This document shows positions 36,301 to 42,328 of a stretch of 64,000 nucleotides of DNA, one piece after another; the stretch's first letter is position 1; each line of letters starts with the position of its first letter. The notes under the pieces were generated by a model. It saw nothing but the letters and a program-made list of their open reading frames with translations. It did no database searches and was not told the origin of the DNA. Location of the stretch: NCBI GenBank assembly GCA_964187785.1, contig OZ076409.1, forward strand, positions 73,658,001-73,722,000, given 5' to 3'. The position numbers were made by a program, and so were the translations under genes. The DNA is from Amphiscolops sp. MND2022. Taxonomy: Eukaryota.

Positions 36301-37482
36301 TGTGTCATGCGTGTTTTCGGAAAGCGGAAAGCCGAGCAAAGGGAGTTCGATAGTCACATTGAGCGAGTACGCGGCTCCGGAAATCCGTTTAAGATCTTTG
36401 AAGCTACGGACGAAATTTGTCTTAGTAAAAGCTCTGTTTGGAACGTAACCGAATCAACTCAGGTAAGTAACCACTTGAACGATAAGGTGAATGAGCCGAA
36501 AAAGTTGATAGTTTACAAGAAAGCTCTTGTGAGGGTAACCGTCAATTTGGAAAGCGAGCAGTTGTCTCAAGGTCAGGTAGGTGTAGTCCACGAGGTTCCC
36601 ACCGGTGACTCGGTCACGGTGTACATCCCTGACACCAGTGGTGGAGAAGTTGACATCACTCAGGCGATGCTGGACAACGAGGAGTACCTAAACTGGCGCT
36701 CAGTCACCCTTACGAGACACACAGGGTTTGTGCAGCCGTTCAGGAAGAATTCGATTCGCAGAACGCAGTTTCCTTTGATGAATAACGTTGCGATGACCGT
36801 GCACAAACTAATGGGTGACACGTTCGACAAGCTGGCTACGTCTATCTCGGCAACCGACAGCAGCTATGCCTTGTGGATGACGTCTCAAGTTTTCGTAATT
36901 GTGAGTCGCGTGAAGCAACTGAAAAATCTCACGTTTGTCGGAAACAAGTCAGCTACGTTGGACGCAATAAGATTGATTTTTGAAACTAGGGACTTGCGAG
37001 AAGAGCGTCTTTTCAGGTTGTTAGATCAAATTCGGAACAATTCAAGATCTGGTTCCATTGTTCAACCAATCGATGTTACACAGATGTCCTATGTCCCGTT
37101 CAACAAAAACATTCCGCGATCTCCAACTGGTTTCGTGTATCTTTTGACAAGCCTAAACCCAACATCGCCCGAAACTTTTTACGTTGGCCAAACAGAGCGC
37201 GCCTTGTTGACACGTTTGTCTGAGCATAATTGTGGAAACGGCTCGGAATTTACAAAACCGCCGCACCGGTTGCCTTGGGCCGTCGCTGCATTCATATGCA
37301 ATTTTGACTCGAAATTTTCTCGCCGTGATCTCGAACAAGAACTTCATCGAGAAATGTATGTACGCCGCAATCGTTTGAAAACCCTGAATGACATGATCGC
37401 CCTTTTCCAAGAGAAAGTTTCAGATTTGAACTGCGGCCTTCATTTTTGCGTGTGCGGTGAGTATCGGGCTACTTCAAGTTGA
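30355..37482 (+). CDS. Helitron-type RepHel transposase: N-terminal Cys/His clusters, HUH (Y2) Rep, PIF1-family SF1B helicase, C-terminal GIY-YIG nuclease (2375 aa)
   Basis: Rep motif 1 PDLFVTFTCN (33463-33492), motif 2 WGRAEFQ...QHYHILFW (33691-33753), motif 3 RYLTSYAAGK (34243-34272). Helicase motifs: Walker A GPPGTGKT (35695-35718), Walker B LFVEEVS, PFGGVLVIASGDQMQLP, RTQFPLMNNVAMTVHKLMGDT, FVIVSRVK. C-terminus GFVYLL...FYVGQTE...RLSEHN.G.GSEFTK...LPW. Confidence 0.92.
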   Translation: MPRGRGRGRSGGTARRKCAVHNLFVGADGVCGRCASQVEQQQQVESDQDDQTASNGNVPNPPDAPNGAERSRVEMCDRCSRTSSDSYRLDLHSIHKDSTHTTMFGRNLNEVSGETVKMCQQCVAYDANPYRHKDWPNAWPSVLYTLLFDTHRFSSNAEKLFKILPHEIRTSYMQHLNNVYPTLTFNSYDSVFRDITREKEDFWTLINSRTAKNLINALTKHCFPNIRCPAGCFEFVEKAQGISFAHFLNWIYPLFTSFNADSRKFLNGIRDDFTKPLILLEKFKISPCLVNNENGLQLVTCSDHKNGVKLKYVHVPTNPATGNVSTRSADRLALMVSSVRTVRPLKIGAKSCTFTMCRVDSGRISGVSSTVLHKFRNFETPPTDRLVEIEKLMINCRNDVKDIIRQCCGNFEISKGLAEYFLAVESPVSISTIEENCKSAVVFDMESLMRMKDYVESCPEDVTNRDLGLAPLLLGHKLDGYGCEPQSIAKIIAQNSDLFPFVYVFISQDLLLSKLLKLSSGNDQLQLLCKTLYKLRSNFCNRFQSQIQSVFRSFQEVFTAIFPTGSIPLSNIVETLENCSVKTCQRGEVTNVSIDCSRYDTLLFVATGSNTRDLQVPFELTSTNGTTFYLTFVSSDSTLSLRYGPPFYGFWTVKNDGSRPVKDPTLEYQYNRNWKYLLYVSKSDLNEETKLRFLKYMGGQGVFFCQEHVKPLSTDYLNSNRKCSMPKNTGVSQICTRKSAWRCPENDCFASVCKTHFREFCDTNDRVNVDNAPSTDAIQDSSDEETELPMDVDEEPDVNQPGPSFVLDNPQRSQEEQEANMDEFDCPQLIVDAGFQDTDAFATDAGCEPVYLSNDSKFVPMHVLLNGECQLMKRLRYPKHIGKRFQRYFQNFVSTLPGKSIPLLQPEACLFPSIFYKQLEDGSFPGALPFFLYDDKKANSKLDYDGLHEHLRVRLKDATLLTSANLSYIMYAFDSVLNLSLTKCHTNQFFKRGLQTISIGKYKPRQLTSTESVLKMDSVDSDVHVNRLGTACASETPDLFVTFTCNQKEHPGVAEVVQAIYELYGSAPVEELKDVLQAYMVIIVRCWTRTIELLIDYLRFSDEHILGEILKVWGRAEFQSAAANLQHYHILFWLKNLVEDVLEKIACAHKHVFHEFKKLFHVNFGTVDSAEHAGELFDKCVRVQTHDCEKGHCLKKVRFDGERKCRFPPYPQSHEPWYKEFHQPHSKEALEALQEIGLAEPRPGFFNELQVTSVLKAGKYMYAAQRGEHMSPLNVALWSICKSSLNVLKVCKSVASRYLTSYAAGKEEHADVSINPDNAHNVLNVQVQKIENKKLGGVRKILAREAKQEKTQGIIDSTTIASTECVSWMLQLPTVITTMDFVSVPTVSLENRGGVLLKRKNNTQSRANVPGVANEGPAEIRQHHLHFPRHRLFTGGQKIVIESVNKTPFSTDKVTVFSLRPPELLFVNKLKLYYRWFVREKLPGKKETICVRFLKNDVKDSTWVDGENYAIRLRPCAVGEFSNYVQECLLTTPADDRLNDAWRVITEVLNVASHQNRSFFVSADPNLSNTPAEVVFSKVYPRSPANFLIHFLLSNACFETELELFDVPTLKDAYIKGKIVPDKQVFDTDDCNELLKKYVLEQLRYLPGGTRSFDGNVLAAKSAFKGMLIDNDIYNEGLPITTMDTLTEALEDKAKKMLRQSQVNIIKSLTQKNLPSFPSSADFETVTKETPSNWSAELIANVFQSAESLQEQSLILETLKNLITDILFSGHKFNKHQLILGPPGTGKTYVLTMALGFALSKGLFCLVTSLASRRSMHFGGEHIHKLFCLPPCSKGSPIKMAEQALTKLDHRNDKKMLLLALEVLFVEEVSLISAEQWSAMDITLQELKQSTLPFGGVLVIASGDQMQLPSIDGNDIFLSPVLLTNFALFFLGHFVRMTDQAGQTVLRHMWKRPINPAAVAEILAILDAKCTFKDSWADLRDQCVMRVFGKRKAEQREFDSHIERVRGSGNPFKIFEATDEICLSKSSVWNVTESTQVSNHLNDKVNEPKKLIVYKKALVRVTVNLESEQLSQGQVGVVHEVPTGDSVTVYIPDTSGGEVDITQAMLDNEEYLNWRSVTLTRHTGFVQPFRKNSIRRTQFPLMNNVAMTVHKLMGDTFDKLATSISATDSSYALWMTSQVFVIVSRVKQLKNLTFVGNKSATLDAIRLIFETRDLREERLFRLLDQIRNNSRSGSIVQPIDVTQMSYVPFNKNIPRSPTGFVYLLTSLNPTSPETFYVGQTERALLTRLSEHNCGNGSEFTKPPHRLPWAVAAFICNFDSKFSRRDLEQELHREMYVRRNRLKTLNDMIALFQEKVSDLNCGLHFCVCGEYRATSS
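37129..37380 (+). other. GIY-YIG nuclease domain (SLX1/UPF0213-like) at the RepHel C-terminus
   Basis: GFVYLL (GIY), FYVGQT (YIG), conserved R in LLTRLSEHN, G.GS.FT and PW motifs typical of SLX1-like GIY-YIGs, and a candidate catalytic E in RRDLEQEL. Confidence 0.82.
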
Positions 37483-37672
37483 ACATCGTAAAAGCTAAAA
37501 AGTAGGGGAAGCACATAGTTCTACTCTGATAGTGAACGTGTGTTGTTCTCCACATTAGGTTTTAAAACAACATGTAATTTTGTGTAAAAATGTAAAAGTA
37601 GGCACTGTAGGATATCGCACAAAGTTCTACTACACAGGGTGGACACCGTGCGATACTCTGTTTGTTCACTGT

Positions 37673-37815
37673 AGGTTAGTTTGCTGGAATCGACGGAGAG
37701 CGTGGTTCCAGGTAGGTTTATATTAGGTTAGTTAGCTGGAATCGACGATGAGCGTGGTTCCAGGTAGGTTTAAATTAGGTTGGTTTGCTGGAATCGACGA
37801 TGAGCGTGGTTCCGG
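37673..37815 (+). repeat. 52-bp tandem repeat (x3), each copy holding a CTGGAATCGACG-N5-CGTGGTTCC(A/G)G hairpin
   Basis: Hairpins at 37684-37711, 37736-37763 and 37788-37815. Confidence 0.85.
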
Positions 37816-38499
37816 AAATGCTCAATCAGAATAAAAAAATTCATTTAGGTTTTGAAACATCATGTAGCTTCGAGGTATGTTGCCCTTTTGAGCCATCTGC
37901 CTCTTAAAACTAGAACTTGAAGTAACCTTCATTCTATTTTTCAAGTGTATCCTTGTGTGTTGCCCTTTTGAGCCATCCGCAATGATACACTTCTTTTTTT
38001 GGAAAATGGAGGTTAACCTGGTAAAAATGACAGCGATCCAGTTGAAGAAGAAGACGATGAAGAACGATGTCGCGGACAGCAGACGATGGTGCAGCTGAAG
38101 CAGAGCAGATGATGACGATCTAGAAGCAAGACCCCAGTGTAAAAGCTTGTGTAGCCCTTTTGAGCCTTCCAAGCTTATACACTAAATATAAAAATGAAAG
38201 TCTTAACAAATATAACCAGTGTGGCAGCACGTGTAGCCCTTCTGAGCCTTCCGTGCTGAGACACTCTCCTTAATAAAAATAGGTCGAGAAATTCTAAAAT
38301 CGGAATTATTAGACCAAAACATGACTTCCCTAAAACTGACTTTTTTCTACTTCGGACTTTTTGACTAAAAGACTCCAAGACTGAGACTTAATTGACTTTT
38401 TTCTAAAACCTAACCGTCCTTTTTCCTTACGTAGTGAGAATGAGTGGAGTTGATGATTGAGACGTTTTTGGATACATTCAAACTAGTGTTTATACCAGA

Positions 38500-38980
38500 G
38501 CGTCCAGATGAAGAAGAAAGAAGATTCGGAAGATGAGAATAATTAATATGTATAATAGTAATAATTATAGTAGTTGCGTCCAGATGAAGAAGAAAGAAGA
38601 TTCGGAAGATGAGAGTAATTGATATTTATAATAGTAATATTTATAGTCGGTGCGTCCAGATGAAGAAGAAAGAAGATTCGGAAGTAGAGAATAAATAATA
38701 TTTATAATAGTAATATTTATAGTAGGTGCGTCCAGATGAAGAAGAAAGAAGATTCGGAAGTAGAGAATAAATAATATTTATAATAGTAATATTTATAGTA
38801 GCTGCGTCCAGATGAAGAAGAAAGAAGATTCGGAAGATGAGAGTAATTGATATTTATAATAGTAATATTTATAGTAGGTGCGTCCAGATGAAGAAGAAAG
38901 AAGATTCGGAAGTAGAGAATAAATAATATTTATAATAGTAATATTTATAGTAGGTGCGTCCAGATGAAGAAGAAAGAAGA
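38500..38980 (+). repeat. 76-bp minisatellite (6 full + 1 partial copy)
   Basis: GCGTCCAGATGAAGAAGAAAGAAGATTCGGAAG followed by an AT-rich part; copies start at 38500, 38576, 38652, 38728, 38804, 38880 and 38956. Confidence 0.95.
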
Positions 38981-39172
38981 AAAGAAGACGGTCCAGAACA
39001 CGGAAAGAAGATTTGGGAAAAGATTATAATAACTCTGACATGTTTTTGTACTTCACTTTTTTGAAAGGTTGTAGGTTCAGAATAGGCTGTAGTGATTAGG
39101 TTGTATAAATTTCATTGTTCGGCATGATATGCAAATCACTGGGAGCCCTAACCGATAGTCCTCGTTTTGTAG

Positions 39173-39832
39173 ATGACAATGAACAGCCCAAGCGTCGTAA
39201 TTATTGGAGCAAGTAACCTGGTGTCGAAGAAGAAAGAGCCCCTTGAAGCCTGTAACTGTTTGACTCCCGAATGCACGAGAAAAGACGAACACCTTACGAA
39301 CCTGCCAGAGAATTCAACATTTCAAATTTTTGCTCAACCAGGGGCTAAAATAAACCATCCGAATGAAGTCAAGTCTGCCGAAACCTTGTTCAAAAAAGCT
39401 CTAGCACTCAGGCCCAAGACCATCGTTTTTTACATGGATATTATAATGAATTCCTTGACTAGTCCTCCCTGGTTGCCAAATTTACCTGTTTTGAGTCCAC
39501 AAGAAGTTCTACGAAAATTGTTTGTTTTTGAAAGAAAAGCTAACGCCCAAGATATTAAGTTTGTTGTTGTTTTATGTAGGCGAAGGAAAGAGGATAAGCT
39601 AAAACTGCAACCTGGAACGTCACGTCAGCCTGGAGATGCACCCTTACCATTTGACTCCGATTCAACTCTTGACAATGAAATGAATACCTTACTGAAAGAA
39701 AATTTTTTTTACTATAGTGATTTAAAACTCTCCAATGCAGCCTTCAAGATCAACGATTCAGCTCATCAGACTCAACTTTCACTCAATTTGTCCCTTGGGA
39801 AAATTATTCGTTTTTTTAATAAGGACACCTAA
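39173..39832 (+). CDS. SGNH/GDSL hydrolase-like protein (219 aa)
   Basis: Block I-like VVIIGASNL, block II-like AQPGAKI, block III-like IVFYMDIIMNSL and block V-like DSAH (DxxH) in the expected order. The ATG directly follows an acceptor-like CTAAC...TTTTGTAG. Confidence 0.6.
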   Translation: MTMNSPSVVIIGASNLVSKKKEPLEACNCLTPECTRKDEHLTNLPENSTFQIFAQPGAKINHPNEVKSAETLFKKALALRPKTIVFYMDIIMNSLTSPPWLPNLPVLSPQEVLRKLFVFERKANAQDIKFVVVLCRRRKEDKLKLQPGTSRQPGDAPLPFDSDSTLDNEMNTLLKENFFYYSDLKLSNAAFKINDSAHQTQLSLNLSLGKIIRFFNKDT

Positions 39833-40054
39833 TTCACTTGCTCTGTCAGTTTAAGCGCTTTAGCGTCTTAAACTGACCCCTTTTCCTCTCTCTTTTCTTC
39901 TTTTCCGCCTTTTTCTTTTTAATAGGGTTCTGGCGACGTGGAAGAGAAGGAGAGGAAACCTGGCCTGCTTGCAGGATTGCCAGCTGTCTTCGAGGAAATT
40001 GTTGTGCCTGTCTACGTCCTTGCCGCAACTTGGACCCGAAGCAGCTGTCTCACA

Positions 40055-40345
40055 AATCAAAAACAAAGAAATTCCAAAAAAAATCATAAAACTTCAAAAA
40101 AACCCCAAAAAAAAACAAAAAAACCCATAAAAACCAAAAAAAAAACTTAAAACAAAAATATAACCAAAACCCCAAAAAAACAAAAACTCAATTCAGAGAA
40201 ATGCACAAACAAACGAAAAACCAGAAAACCTTAAGACAAAACTCGGAAACATATCTTACCAAAAGTGAAATCTCAAAAATCCTAAAACCTTGAAAAGTAG
40301 AGCAAAACTTTCCAAAAAATCCTTACAACTTAAAAACTATAAAAC
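40055..40345 (+). repeat. A/C-rich low-complexity tract between ORF2 and ORF3
   Basis: Runs such as AAAAAAACCCCAAAAAAAAACAAAAAAACCC with almost no G. Confidence 0.8.
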
Positions 40346-40917
40346 TTTCTTGTTTTCCAACTTTTTTCTTTTGCACTCTGTCTAAAGAGAATATTAACAC
40401 TTTTAGTCTTTATGTAACGATTCCAATTTTATTTGTGAAGTAAATACTGTCAATTAAAATTTTTTCGTTAAAAAGTCTTTTGACATAAAAAAAACAATTT
40501 TCGAGTATTTTTTCCTTGGAATCCTACTTTCTAAAATTCACATGTTTGCTTAAGCTTCTTCATACCCTGCATTTTCTTTACTGTTTGAGGATTCCACTAT
40601 AAATTTTTTTTGCCCATTCCGAACTCAGCAGATACATGTCCTAATTTTCATTGAAGTTTGCCTTTGGTTCAATGCCTTTTGTTTTTTAAGCTCCTTCAAA
40701 ACTCTCAAATACATGCGAAAAAATGTTTTTAGTAGAAAAAAAATGAAAAAAATCCTAACGAGATGTCCCCTGGAGAAGATTCCAGCACTGTTTGTGTATC
40801 AACAGTTCGGTAATGGGTCTACAATGAAATTTAGGTTAACCTCCATTTTGTATTCGTATGGTCTTTTACTCTTGGAATGTGAAAACTGAAATTTTTGGTT
40901 GCTTTTCCAGATTCAAA

Positions 40918-41991
40918 ATGCCCGGTTTCTTGAAGGCAAATCTAAGCGAAGCCCAGGCTCAAAGTCTCCTGTGTAGGTTTACTCAAAGTTCAGTCGACGA
41001 GATAACCAGCGGCGAACCCTCGTCTCGACTGTATAGACTGTCTGCCGTGCTGTTATATGTAACACAGCCGACAAGAAAGATTTCATTCAATAAACAAACC
41101 AAGAATTTTGGGTCTCGCAAAATGGAGGTGGACAAATACCACCGGTTTGTGGTATTTGGTATCCCAGGTACAACAACTATAGTGGCGATGTTTTCGCCCA
41201 ATAGCGAAGAGTCGCGTCGACTCTTCAGGTACAACATCGGACCGGGTAGCCATGTTCAAATATTGAAACCGACCTTGGAAGGTCAACTGTCCAGAGGTGG
41301 CAGTTGCCTCATTTCAACTAAGGAGCCGTTGGTACCCTCCATCGAGCCTAACGATGACATTACTTTACCGCCCTACGACGTGGAAGGAAGTTGTATCGAA
41401 TTCCGGTACTTCAGTTTTGTCACGAAAAATTTATTGGTCGACAGTGCGGTGATTGCGGAGAGTGTGTGCCCAGGTAAGCTTTGCGACGGGCAAACTTACC
41501 ACGAAAATTGCCCCTGTCTGGAAACATCACAGACAAAAATTTGGAACTTATTGTTCGACTTGAAATGCCCAGAAATGAGCAATAATCACTCCGAGATAAT
41601 AAGCTTTTATTCAAACGAGACAACGGGGTACTTCGTGACGCCAGCGACACGAAAATTGAAGGGCGATTCCGACCGAATAGACAGGTTCGATCTGGATAAT
41701 TCTGTACAACTGTTGGTGCAATCTGTCAATGAAACGTGTGGATTCAGAGTCTCCGGCTGGTTCAAACCAGCGATTGATGAAGAGGGGACAACGCTTGAAC
41801 ATAAAAATTTTCACGTCTGCTCATTGAAACCTGAAAGTCCTTTAACGTCTGAACAGGAAGGACTGAAATACAGCACCGAAACGACGTCAACTGGTGCTTC
41901 AGCTGTTACAGCCGAAACAGGCTCAGATCCAACTCCGAGTTCAAATGCAACTGCACCTCCGGACTTGACTGCGGCCCCGGATACACAATGA
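40918..41991 (+). CDS. Uncharacterised ~357-aa protein, possibly a tandem OB-fold ssDNA-binding protein with a Cys cluster and a low-complexity S/T/P/A tail
   Basis: Long open frame. The ORF track starts at 40858, but the ATG at 40918 follows the acceptor TTTTCCAG (40910) and is the likelier start. The pattern is beta-rich (LYRLSAVLLYV, RFVVFG, IVAMFS, IGPGSHVQILKP) and includes CPGKLCDGQTYHENCPC. The fold is inferred. Confidence 0.6.
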   Translation: MPGFLKANLSEAQAQSLLCRFTQSSVDEITSGEPSSRLYRLSAVLLYVTQPTRKISFNKQTKNFGSRKMEVDKYHRFVVFGIPGTTTIVAMFSPNSEESRRLFRYNIGPGSHVQILKPTLEGQLSRGGSCLISTKEPLVPSIEPNDDITLPPYDVEGSCIEFRYFSFVTKNLLVDSAVIAESVCPGKLCDGQTYHENCPCLETSQTKIWNLLFDLKCPEMSNNHSEIISFYSNETTGYFVTPATRKLKGDSDRIDRFDLDNSVQLLVQSVNETCGFRVSGWFKPAIDEEGTTLEHKNFHVCSLKPESPLTSEQEGLKYSTETTSTGASAVTAETGSDPTPSSNATAPPDLTAAPDTQ

Positions 41992-42220
41992 TCGCCTGGA
42001 TACACTACAATACTTTAGCGCTGTTGCGGTTGAGTGGCTTGTCGCCCTTTTGAGCCGTCAGTCACTCTCCGCAATTGAACTTAAAAATTTGATTTTGTTT
42101 ATGGTAAAATAATTACCATTTTGTTTGAAATAAAAGCAAAGAAGTAAGCCTTTTTTGGGAACAACTAAAACTAATTGATTGTTTTAATCCCACAGGTTTT
42201 TTTCACTCAATTGTCTTCAG

Positions 42221-42328
42221 GTACTTTTTTTCAACGGGCATCTCTATCCCTAAGGTAATTAAGTAGATTTAAATTAAGTACTTTTTTTCAACGGGCATCT
42301 ATATTCTTAAGGTAATTAAGTAGATTCT
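42221..42328 (+). repeat. ~58-bp direct duplication near the right end of the long element
   Basis: GTACTTTTTTT(T)CAACGGGCATCT.TAT.C.TAAGGTAATTAAGTAGATT x2. Confidence 0.85.

Noticed and set aside
29968..37410. Antisense and alternative-frame ORFs overlapping RepHel
   Set aside because: They are short shadows of the long ORF with no recognisable motifs.
37882..37894. Histone mRNA 3' stem-loop
   Set aside because: It resembles GGCYCTTTTCAGRGCC, but the 6-bp stem cannot form and there is no histone gene.
39846..40150. Lys/Arg-rich ORFs near the A-rich tract
   Set aside because: Products of low-complexity sequence.
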